NCBI GenBank assembly: GCA_048013815.1
Contig: CM106585.1
Coordinates: 12,214,001 to 12,278,000 of the forward strand
Reading direction: 5' to 3'
Source of the DNA: Setoptus koraiensis
Lineage: Eukaryota > Animalia > Arthropoda
Length of the DNA: 64,000 nucleotides
Numbering within the stretch: position 1 is the first letter of the stretch; the number at the start of each line of letters is the position of its first letter. Positions 1 to 11,506 of the stretch are shown here, piece by piece. The translations under genes and the position numbers were made by a program. Under the pieces are notes generated by a model. The model saw only the letters and a list, made by a program, of their open reading frames with translations. It ran no database searches and was not told where the DNA came from.

Positions 1-251
1 ACAGCAACGGCAACAACAACAACAAGAGGTAGGTTTACGCAGATAGACTGTATTCAATGCAGGGAGAGGGAGAGAGAGAGAGCGAGCGAGCGACAGAGAA
101 AGAGAGAAGGGAAAGGGAGAAAGAGAGAAGGGGAAAGGAGCAATACGCTGCTTGGATGTGATTGGCAGCGCATGCAACATTTACTGCGCGATATCAACAT
201 TTTGACTGAATGAATGCCTTCGACTTTGCCTGATGTCCGTTTAAGTTTGCC

Positions 252-288
252 TGTGTGTGCATGTGTGTGTGTGTGTGTGTGTGTGTGA

Positions 289-353
<65 letters not shown>

Positions 354-400
354 GCTAGCATATAGTGCACACAAGTGAGTGAGTGTGTGTGTGTGTGTGT
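252..400. repeat. (GT)n/(CA)n microsatellite, with a (GA)n-rich tract at about 61-130
   Basis: Directly visible dinucleotide runs; these account for the HTHT/VCVC ORFs in the track. Confidence 0.95.
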
Positions 401-1015
401 GTATATTAAATGAAGATAATGCAATAATTATTATGATGATAAAAAAAAATTGATTCGTGTCCTCGATTTGTTCCTTCATTATTAGTTCGTTACGTTCTAT
501 ATCTATAGATCCACAACAAAACACACACAAATAGACAAACGGACACACATTTATTGAAAGCACACACACACACACAGACAAACATTTATTGTATACACAT
601 TTAGTGGTGTAGATTCGTAGTAGTAGTAGTGGTAGTAGAGTATTTATTGTACAACCTTACATACATTAATAATATACATATACATTGAGAGTTAGACAGA
701 CGGGCAGCCAGCCAGCCAACAGGCGGACAGACTCACCGAGCAAGCAATTGGATGAAAGGAAGGAACCTACTACCTAAACGATACCAAATACAGACCAATC
801 AATTGTTCGATACACACCAATATTCACGCAAAACGTCGCCGCCATCGTCGCATTCGACGCTGTCGAATTGGACCCATCCCCCACTTACGAGCCCAATAGA
901 ACGGAACCCAACCGAAACCACAAATCACTCAATTGAACCCATAGGACTGAACCCAATTAAAATATAAATTCATATATATACATCATTGTTACTATTAAGG
1001 TATTTTTATGCTACT

Positions 1016-2611
1016 ATGTTGTCAGCAGCTACCTCTCCTTTGACGCCATCGCCACGCTCATCTACATTAATTAAAAATTACGATGAAAACAAGACTTACA
1101 TATTGGTCAGATTGAGCGAATCATTCTCAAACACTATTCAGGAATATCATCAACACAACAACAATAATCATAGTAATAATAATAATAATTTAAGGAACCA
1201 CCATCATCATCATAACAATCACAATAATATTAGCAACAACAATCATAGTCACAACAACAACAACCATCATCATAATAATAATAACAATCATCACTCATCC
1301 TCTTCCTCCTCGTCCTCATCATCGTCATCCTCATCATCAAGCTCCTCTCTTACAACATCAAAACAATTAACTAATAATAACAACACAACTAACACATCAT
1401 CGCCAACTATTCAATTTAATGGATCCAAAGGGTCAATTATATTCCCCAATGGCAAAAGTTACGAGTTTAGTCTCGATTCTGATGGAACACTGGATATTGA
1501 ATGCATTAAACAAACACATAACTCGTGGGAGACTATAGGAAAGATGGCCTGCTGTTTGCAGGTCAAAGGAAAAGATGATGTCTATAATATAACTAGACAA
1601 AAGATGGCCGTTGCTGAAAAGGAGAGACGAAAATATTGTACTAAGTTCATTGGTGATAATGAGAGTCCTGATGGTGGTAGTAGGGCTGTTAAACGTGCAA
1701 AAATTGACACTTCTAGCAATGCAACAACAGCCCCTGCCCTAACACCAACAAACAATCATATTAATATGATAACTACGGCTACCGCTACTACTAATAATAA
1801 TAACAACAACAACAACAACAACAACAACAATCATACTAGTAGTAAGAAAAAGATCACCCATCATGCCAACAATTCAAGCAACACAGCCAGCATCAATAAC
1901 CATCATAATCACCACCACAGCCACCAACATAACAACAGCAATCACAACCATCACAATCATCATGCCATTAGCAACAACAACAATCAAAATCATAATAATA
2001 ATCACGCCGGCAGTAGTAGCCCCACTTCATTGGCACAGGCCTCTAAATTTAACAACAATCAACAGCAAACAACACACAGCAACAAAAGCCTGAATCATAA
2101 TAGTAACAATAATAATAACAACAACATCAACGGAATCAATAGTAGTAATAATAATAGTAATAACAGCAATCAAAGTACCAACCATCACCACCATCATCAT
2201 CATCATCATCATCATACAGCTCCTAAAAATACAGCCACAAGTACTAGTGTCCACAATGGTTTAAGTGAATATTCAGATATTAATGATTATGAACAACTAA
2301 GGAGGTATAAAAGTGATTTTGATAGCGAATATGATGAATATATTACGTTGCATGATTATCTGCATAAGATTGAGGAAAAGTTCACAAGCCTTAAAGAATC
2401 GTTAGCAAAGACTATTGAAGGATCTTCACAATGGGAATTCGCTAAAGATGAAATATTCCGCGAATACGAAAAAGTAAAAAGTGATATAGAATTCCATAGA
2501 GCTCGGGGTAGATATGCCCAACTACATAAGAAGCTCGCCCTTATCAAGGATAAGATTTTCCAATTTAAAAAGGGCCATAATAATACTAAAGCAAAATTCA
2601 AAGCTAAATAA
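1016..2611 (+). CDS. ELL: RNA polymerase II elongation factor ELL, single exon
   Basis: First in-frame ATG at 1016. ELL N-terminal motifs are present (YILVRLSES, PTIQF, IGKMACCLQVKGKDDVYNITRQKMAVAEKERR), as is the C-terminal occludin/ELL domain (YSDINDYEQLRRYKSDFDSEYDEY...LHKKLALIKDKI). N/H/S low-complexity tracts lie between them. Confidence 0.88.
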   Translation: MLSAATSPLTPSPRSSTLIKNYDENKTYILVRLSESFSNTIQEYHQHNNNNHSNNNNNLRNHHHHHNNHNNISNNNHSHNNNNHHHNNNNNHHSSSSSSSSSSSSSSSSSSLTTSKQLTNNNNTTNTSSPTIQFNGSKGSIIFPNGKSYEFSLDSDGTLDIECIKQTHNSWETIGKMACCLQVKGKDDVYNITRQKMAVAEKERRKYCTKFIGDNESPDGGSRAVKRAKIDTSSNATTAPALTPTNNHINMITTATATTNNNNNNNNNNNNNHTSSKKKITHHANNSSNTASINNHHNHHHSHQHNNSNHNHHNHHAISNNNNQNHNNNHAGSSSPTSLAQASKFNNNQQQTTHSNKSLNHNSNNNNNNNINGINSSNNNSNNSNQSTNHHHHHHHHHHHTAPKNTATSTSVHNGLSEYSDINDYEQLRRYKSDFDSEYDEYITLHDYLHKIEEKFTSLKESLAKTIEGSSQWEFAKDEIFREYEKVKSDIEFHRARGRYAQLHKKLALIKDKIFQFKKGHNNTKAKFKAK

Positions 2612-2637
2612 ATACACACATCTTAAATGATTCTTTT

Positions 2638-5600
2638 TTAGTACAACATCATGGAACTTGGCCTTACAGACGACTGCTGACCTTGTTCAGGAGTAGATAT
2701 TGTTGTGGAGGATGTTGTGGGTGGATATTGAAAATAATGACTTCCCGTTGAGTTGGAAGCCTCCAACCAAACAGAAGGCGAAGCTGTCTTGAATGTCTGC
2801 CGTTTGCGTTGCTTATACAATATAATCAACAATATAATTACTATAATTAACAAACTAATTGATGTTCCCACCATCGTGTAAGCGAAGCTGCTGATAATTA
2901 CTTGTTGTTCTTTCATGCGATTCTGTTCCAATCGACTATGTGATGGATTTGAGCTCATCTGCGACATTTGCCTAGTCAGGGGCCTATCGACGTCATCAAA
3001 GAACGAACTAGCTCCATGTGATATAGAAGACAAATTAGCATGATGATCGGATTGGTTAGGAATAATAATTGGATCATCTGAAGCCAATTTACCATGTGTA
3101 GAGCCGTAAACGCCAGGATCTACTACATCAAAAGGCCTTATAAAGGAATTAAAAGTCTCGATTTCTCCAACATTCTGATTTTTTACTGTCGTAGCAATAG
3201 AAGGCTGCTGACTATAAGTACTAATTCTGAGAGCATCATCACCTGTTGATAAAGGAATAGTTCTCTTAGTTTTCACCTCATACAAGTCATATAGATAACG
3301 AGACCAAAAATTTGCCTCGGCTTGTTGGAAGCCGCGATCTGGTAGTAAATTTAAGCCGATTTTCAAGTAAGACAATGAACTGGGGTCATAATTTGGCCAT
3401 TGAGGGTATTCATAGTTTTCGTGAGCCGGTGCTCTTCTGTATCGCATAATAATCAAGCACATCACACACAATCACAAGACATGTGAAGAAGGTATAGAGA
3501 GTAAATATATTATTATTATTGGATTGTATATAAATTTGAAGATGCAAATGTAACTGTTATTTAAATTATTTCGATAGTATACAGACCCGTATTTGGCAAA
3601 ATCAGTCCATAAGCGTGCCAAACGTTGGCTAATACGGTGATCATATGTAGACAACGATTTGACATCATCCGAATTCAATGAAAATAAATAAAATAGTTCA
3701 TCTCCATGACAAACGCCCGTATTGAATAAACGTGGTGAGTTGTTAGTTATCAGATTCACCATTGAATTCTGACCCAAATAGTCGAACAAGTACATATAGG
3801 TGGACATTTGACCTGACTCATACCTAGAATATAATTTTAATGTTTCGTCTATGCAAGACCCGTACAGGGCATCCGAGCTCATCTGATTGATACACAAAAG
3901 GTCCCGTTATCAGTCTGATCAGCATAGTATACCTATAGTGAATATTTTTCTTTTTAGAGTAAACTTACGTTGATGAATTTGATTGCTATCTGAGAGAGGT
4001 TCCGGTGGTCTATTGAGTTGAAATAAGAATATTTAACTGTTTCTTTGATATGATTCCGGGCGTCATTGAAAGTTTGGATTGTTAGTCCATCAATGGGGCC
4101 AGTTCGGCGTATATTGTTTGACATTATGAGATTGACTGGGTGCAATTTCTTGAAATCTGTCGTTGATTCTAAAAGTTTATCAACTAAACTATCTTCAAAG
4201 TTATTCAAATTCTTGACTGCTGAAACGGCCAACTGTTGCTCATTATAAGCATTAACTATAGCTGGATAGAAGAAAGCCCCCTCGTTCCTGTTAAGACCCA
4301 TGATGAGTGGTACGTGATTGAAGTTCCCCGAGGTCAAAGTTTTTCTCGGCTCCTCAACGACTATTGCATCACTCACACTGCTCAACTCAATAACAGGTGC
4401 ATTTCTCTGGGGAAATTGGCTCAATATCTGAGTGAAGGTATAAGCGCAATTCACTATTGTTAGTAACATTCAACAGAAAGAGTATAGCAGATTGTTGTGA
4501 TGGCAGACAGGTCAGACTCAAATTCTTACCTTGGTACGTGTCTGAGCTTGGAGCAATTGATCCAGTGGGGTCATTCTTAGACAGTCTGCAAGATATACTT
4601 TGAGCATGGTATCGAGTTTCTGGCGATTGTTTAGGTCATTGGTGGAGGTCACCGTTGATGTATTACGCAATAGCTCAAAATAATCCATAAGGTGGTTTGT
4701 GCTTCGCTCGTAGATCAAGTTAGACCAAAATGAATTCAATTGGGCCAGATTCAAAGGTGATGGTGGCAAGCAACCAACTAATTGACCAATATATTGCATA
4801 TATTGAAATGGATCTCTTTCGAGTGCCCATGGACACAATGCAGAGCCGCTCTGGGCTATGGCACGCTGAAAAAGACGGCTTGATGTGCTCTTTGGTGACA
4901 AAATCTGATACATGACACTGGCTGCACCAGAGCCCTGACCAAAGATGGTGATCTTGTTTGAATCACCCATAAATTTATTGATGTTTTTCTGTATCCATTC
5001 CAGTGCCATATATTGATCTTTCAAACCCATATTGCCACTTAGTATTTCATCGCCTGAGCTTAAAAAGCCCAGAATACCTATTCGATAATTAAACGTTATC
5101 AATATGACTTCCGAATCAATTAGTCTTTCAGGCCCATAAATAGCACTGTCGCCATTCTCGAAACTTTCACCTTGTATGAATACCATTACAGGATACTTTT
5201 GTTCTCGTTGCTGTTTGGTATTTATTGAACCCGGTATGTAGATATTCAAATAGAGACAATCCTCTTGGCCAAGGAGATTACCTCGGGCATCATACTGTGG
5301 GCAAGCATTTCTGAAAGAGTTGCATTCTAATACTTGATCGGTCCACCCTGGGTGAGGTTTCGGTGACTTGACAGCGATCAAACAATTAAAGACAATCAGT
5401 TGATAAGACAGCTGCGAGGAACAGGTTTTTTAAACGAAAATCTATCAAGTATGTGGTTACCTTGAATCGAAGCGTGCCAACCGGAGGGGCGGCATACGGA
5501 ATACCCAAGAAGGCAAGAAATGACTTATCAAGCTTATCGGATCTTATCCAAGTTCCTCGAACGATACCTTGTTGCACTTTGATTTCAGGCTTTAAGAATG

Positions 5601-5784
5601 GGCTTTGTTGTTGTTGTTGTAATATATCGGCTGTTGTGGATGGAAGTGGCAAAACTTGTTGATTATCGAACTGATTTCCCGTTAATTGATAGGAATATTG
5701 ATGATTTGCCGCTTGATTAGAGACACTATTCAACATTATAACTGTAAATATCATAACAAGATAATAGGTCGCTGAAGTTTCCAT
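2638..5784 (-). CDS. Type-B carboxylesterase-fold, type I membrane protein, probably non-catalytic (neuroligin/CLAM-like); 5 exons
   Basis: Exons 5784-5461, 5366-4530, 4427-3969, 3882-3587, 3436-2638, all GT-AG and phase-compatible. Motifs: signal peptide, FLGIPYAAPPVGTLRF, EDCLYLNIY, FNYRIGILGF, GLKDQ, FGQGSGA at the nucleophile elbow, RNEG, CHGDEL, WTDFAKYG, WPNY. TM helix FAYTMVGTSISLLIIVIILLIILY followed by KQRKR. Confidence 0.9.
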
Positions 5785-7443
5785 GTCTGCTCGATGGAAG
5801 AACTACTACATCTTCTTATTGATTCAAGTTTAACACAGATTGTAATCAATTAACAACTGCAATTTGCTGGAGATGCAAATAACAGGATTGCTTGCAATCC
5901 AAATAACAATGTAATACCGTCTTAATTTACTAGAAAGTAAGCACTGTGAAGTTTATTGACATTACCATCTTGTTAATTGAACACACTTTGTCAACATTCA
6001 GATAGCATCTATGCTATTTGATTGTCGTTGTGTGAGTACATGTGGATAGTAAAACTAGAAATATTTCCGAAAGTTGCCAGACCACAATTGCGGTGTGTTT
6101 GTAAGTTATTCTAGATAATACAATAGATTTTTATGGAGAGTGAGAGAGACATAAAGGTATACGCAACAACAATTCGATAGGTTAGCCCTTATTTTAAACA
6201 GATCAATATTAACAGTTTGGTTCCAAAACTAAAACCTGTTTGATCATCTCTTTATTTGTGAGTTGAACTAACCAAAGGAAACGTATTAATTTACATTGTG
6301 GTTTTATTGTTATTTAGCACAATATACTATTGATAGTACAACTGACTCACAAAAGCTTTGCATAAAAAATTTAGCTTCTACAATCGAAATCAAACGTTCA
6401 TTTGCCATAGGTAGAGAGGTCTGTTTGTGATATCGTTAGTAACATGGTTCGTCTGCTGTGTAGATGCAGCCATTTCCGGCCATAAACAAATCTGTTTTGA
6501 TACAGCAACAACTGTCCGGTCATTAGCATTTCAAACAAACAGTTGCTAGATCATCGTCATCACAGCTTATTGATCATGATGTATTAATAATATTTATTTA
6601 TTGAAACACTCGATTTTCGTTGACTCATCAATTATTAATACTTTTACCATGATCGCTATGATATCTTTCAAAGTTGGGGCCAAGCATTCTATCACAATTG
6701 AATACTTGGCTGAAACTTTCGGATCTGTAGAGATCTGTCAGGCTATTAATTGATGTGAGAGAATCTATAAGAAAACGAGGAAAATCATCATCTTAGAAAT
6801 CCACAACAGTAGAGGTAACGGTCGTCGGGGCATATATCAGCTAGACCTTAGGCAGACAGTAGAGACAGTATACACAATAGAGAAAGCTGATAGCGTGAAT
6901 GTGATTAAGTACATATCTCGAATAAATGACACAATCATTTGTCTCAGCAATCAACCATGTTTCATGCAATGAGCACTTGCCGCCGTGTTCAATTATATAT
7001 TCTTTCTTTTCACAGTATCATTTGCTAATTTTGATACTTGACATCTGTATAATGTGTTTCACACGCCAGAATTTCACAGATAATTCACGCAGATCTTCTT
7101 CACAGCCAATTTTGAAAACGTTCTTCGTTGCTGAACAAAATATGGTGGCTGAGGTTTGTTGCTCTGATTATGTAATTTGTAATTTGAGCAATGTACAGAC
7201 AAATTATCATGGATCTGTCTCATTAATTTTAAATTTGCACCAAAATTCTGTCTTGTCAACGTCATTTCAGTATTATGATCATCATTGTCACGCGTCTCAT
7301 AATACTTCTGGTAATACTTCTGATGCATATGATTAGTTATGAAAGTATGTATAGAAATTTATATATTTGTTTTACTCTGCTGTATATAGGAAGCGAAGTA
7401 TTGGTGCTTTACTGTAAGAACTAACCCACATCCTGTTAACATA

Positions 7444-9405
7444 ATGATTGGTTCAGTATATGTATCATTGTTAATTGTGATTTGTGTCACTCCACAGTCA
7501 TGGACTGCCGAGCTGCCTCTGTCAGATATCATTTCTCTTGGCAGCGAGGATATAAATAGTGAAGATTTCGGCCAATTTGGCTCATCATTTGCGCCACCAG
7601 TAAGTCTACACATTTGAGACGCTCAAATATAGCCTGTTGCATCTATCGAATACTCGGCTCTTCGAAATTAATATTACATGCAATTTGATTGATTCATCTT
7701 TATCTTTTCAATATGTATATGAAATTTCTCTCGTCAATCATCTCATAGGAGATCTTGCTGAATTCGGCTGGTTTCAGCTACCAGCTGTTCCATCCTTTCA
7801 CAGAGGACGGATATAAGCTTGAGTTACTGCACATAATCAACCCATTTGTTGAACGATCAAAACTGAAAAAGTACCCCGTCTTATTAAGTCATGGTTTCAC
7901 TTTGGCGGGCTACAATTTCGTGATGCAATCAAGTAATGAATCAAAGGCACTGCCTTGGCCAAGGAAATCGTCCGATAAATGGAAAAGATCTAGTGATAGA
8001 AATCTGGCGATACTATTGGCCAACAATGGTTACGACGTCTGGTTGACGACTAGTCGGGCCAGTTTATGCTCAACAAAACCGGATGTAAAACTGCACACCA
8101 GATACTCTGTGCATGATCCGAAATTTTGGCATTTCACTTTAGATGAACAGGCCAAATACGATATACCTTGTGAGGTGGACACAGTGTTGCAACACACAGG
8201 AGCTAAGAAGGTTATATTTGCTGGTTATTCGCAATCAACATTTACAATGCTCGCCCAGTTGTCATTGAATCGTGAATTTGCTCAAAAGATACACACATTT
8301 TTGGTGATAGCTCCCATAACTAGCATGAAACAAGCCACTGGAATGCTGCGTCCAGTTGGCAGACTTATCGGAAGAATCCTGCCTGAAAATCTTAGAGATT
8401 TTGCATTCTTGCCAGTGCCAGTTGGTCGAATATTGACAAAGGTTTTGCTAACATTGTATTCTGTGGCGCCTAAGTCAACCTTGGCAATATTTATTTTCAT
8501 ATTGAATTTAATCTTTGGTAACAACGGAAACAAAGGCTATGAAGTATGTAACGCACTGAAATGGGGCCAATTGTCTCCCGTTATCTAGTATTTTCTAAAC
8601 AATCTGCATGCGCACTATCTATTAATCAACCTAAATTTACAAACCTATTTTTGCGAGTCTAGGCCAATCTGTTGCTCGGTCGTCTCTTCAGGTACCCATC
8701 CAGCATGAGGGGCTTTCTCCACTTTATGCAGCTTTTAGATACGAAATACATGAGCCACTACAACTATGGACCTCGTAAAAATTTGCTTTTCTACGGAACA
8801 GTGAGTAGCATCAAACGAACACCCAAAGAAGAATCTTCCTGCAAATGAATGTTTTGAATCCAATGATCTTCATTCATCTCTTTGCCCTCGTGACCTCTTT
8901 ACCTAGACCACTCCACCAGTGTACAATTTATCCAACATTGAGCTTAATGGTATGGCTATCTACGTTGGTGAAAACGATATCCTGTCGAAGCCCGCAGACA
9001 ACAAGAGATGGGTGAACCAGCTAAAATGTAGAGTATCACAGCAACAAATGAAGAGATCCTCTTCTCATCCAAATTATATCTCTACGTTTCGTTTTGGCAA
9101 TTTTTCCAAAATTTGTTAACATCCCGATAATTCTTTGATCAGTCCCACCTATTGAGTACAAAGTGATACCGGACTGGAACCACTTAGACTATATGATAGG
9201 CGAAGACATTGATATTTTGATGAACAAGCCCATACTTCGTCTGTTAGACAGACGCCTTGGATACCTTAAGATCAGAAAAGAAGAGAGAATTGCTAGCTTG
9301 AAACCGGTGAAGAAATTGGCACCAAAAAAGCATAAAATTCCTACTAAATCCAAGCATAAAAAGATACCCGTCCTGTCAGCTGAAACGGAAGCTGAAGCCG
9401 ACTAG
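7444..9405 (+). CDS. Secreted acid lipase family protein (lysosomal/gastric lipase-like, abhydrolase-lipase); 5 exons
   Basis: Exons 7444-7599, 7749-8543, 8663-8800, 8907-9027, 9143-9405, all GT-AG and phase-compatible. Motifs: signal peptide MIGSVYVSLLIVICV, TEDGYKL, PVLLSHG, GYDVWL, FWHFTLDEQAKYD, GYSQS nucleophile motif, YNYGPRKNLLFYG, PPVYNL, ENDIL (Asp), WNHLDY (His). Confidence 0.88.
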
Positions 9406-10204
9406 TAATGGCCATCAGTAAGGGTAATAACGTCGCAAAGATGACTATTATGACTTGCCGGTAAGACGTTGTTTTCTCACGCGAGATGTTTATGAAATTT
9501 ATTAAAGCTTATTCAAATTGTTCGTAGAAGTTTTAGTAATGATTTTTTTTTCACTTCCGCCACTTTCTAATTTCACATGTTTTCAACTGGCCTTGCTTGC
9601 CGGCTTGCGATCTCTCACAACTTCGTTTGTCCAAAATTGAAATTATGCCTCATTGCGTGTAATTGCTGAGTTTCGTTACGAAACGACGGATTTGGTATAA
9701 GATTCTGACAAGTCGAAATTTTCCAGTTCGAAGAGCGTCATTTTTATTTCTTTGCGGTCGAAGCGCTCCCTGGTGGACGTTCTCAAAGGTATGATTTATG
9801 CATGTTCGGCGAACACTCGTTACGAAGCAAACGAAGAGCTGAAGCCAGTGGAGCGAGATTGAGATTGTGACATTTCATTAGTAAAATTGCAATAATAATA
9901 TTGATAATATCAGAGAGAACAAACAATAAAATTGTTACTACGACCGCCCAGGAACAATGGTCTTTTATCGGCCTCCCACATTCTAGAAATTTGCGTACCA
10001 ATCTCATTAGCTCAACAATCGAAAATAAATATATTTATATATACATATATCTATATATATATTGTGCCTGACAACCATTGTTTACATTCGAGAGATATTT
10101 GGAAAGATACTATTTATTAGACAGATTATCGGCAAAGAGATATCGACCGAATTGTTTAGATATCGTTAGATATTATAAGATATAATTCATTTAAAGCCAT
10201 CAGG

Positions 10205-11211
10205 ATGGCCAGACAAGATATAATGTCAGACAATCAAAGCAATACTAGAGAAGAATCACGAGAGTCCACGCCACCATCAGATAGCCAGATCACAGTAACT
10301 GATGATAATATCATGTCGTCACAAAATATTCAAGTCTATCACGAACGCCAATCTAGACAATTATGTGCCCTTCATGCCTTGAACAATTTATTTCAAAATT
10401 CTAGAGCGTTTGACAAGCATGACCTAGATCTTATATGCAAAACATTGGCGCCCGAATCTAGAATACTCAATCCTCATCGCTCGGCGTTAGGAATAGGTAA
10501 TTACTGTACACTCATTTTGGAACCCCAACGAATCTCATAACTCTGTCTGATCATATTTTTTCTTCATTTTTCGCTTTCACCGATTTATCAATCCAGGATG
10601 TTATGATATCAACGTTATAATTACTGCATTGGCAAAAAAAGGGTTTGAAGTTGTTTGGTTCGACAAACGAAAGTGAGTTTGATATAACTTGAATGTGTCT
10701 CCGACATTCCGAACCTCTACTCTTTGATGACAGTAACTGATATTTACAATTACCGATAATCATCCACAGGGACCCATCTTGTCTCAACCTCAAAGATATT
10801 TTTGGTTTCATACTGAATGTTCCAAACCCGTCTAACGGAATTTTTTCGATATCCTTGAGCTACATTCCCCTACCAACTAATATTTGGTCTTCACGTAAGC
10901 ATTGGATAGCCATCAAAAAAGTTGGCCAGAGCTACTACGATCTTGATTCTAAACTAGTCTTACCTTTCCTGATCGGTGATGTGAGTATATATCGAATTAA
11001 TTATCTATATAATCTCAATATAGCAGCTCGAAAATAATGATTTTCAGCGATATAACAAAATACGTTTACCTTTCTTCCAATCAACCTTCATGAACTATAG
11101 GAAAAAGCCGTGATAGAGTATCTTCGGCTAAAAAATTCTTCGGACCAAGTAGAAACTCTTATTATTGTAAAGAAAGCAATTGCTGATTCTCAGACTTGGC
11201 AGAAAACTTGA
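10205..11211 (+). CDS. JosD: Josephin-domain deubiquitinase (JOSD1/2-like); 4 exons
   Basis: Exons 10205-10496, 10597-10672, 10770-10980, 11101-11211. Motifs: YHERQSRQLCALHALNNLFQ (catalytic Cys), GCYDINVIITAL, WFDKR, GFILN, RKHWIAIK (His), YYDLDSKL (Asp). Confidence 0.93.
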
Positions 11212-11506
11212 TTTTTCTAGTGAATATTTAATGACTGATTCACATCCTCTGAGCACATGGAAAATGTTCTTCAAAGTTTAGAAGCCGATAGTTTAATTAG
11301 CTAATCTTGGTCGAAATTCTTCGGAACCAACATGTATATTTTAAAAAAAAAATCCACATTCTGATAACACACAATTGTATGCAAACGAAGTGGTCTCCAT
11401 TAGAATTCTCAGATACCAGCTTCAGTCTCTGCAGAATAGGGTCAAGTTTTGGGCTTCACAATCACAAATTGGAATTAATTCGCTACGGTTCTTTATGATC
11501 ATTTGT

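Noticed and set aside
54-581. ORFs rich in HTHT/VCVC here and at 20357-20890 and 46279-46823
   Set aside because: They are translations of (CA)n/(GT)n microsatellites, with no domain content.
9420-10200. Short protein-like frames between the lipase and JosD, and at 13250-13530
   Set aside because: No recognisable family and no consistent splice model; more likely promoter or UTR sequence.
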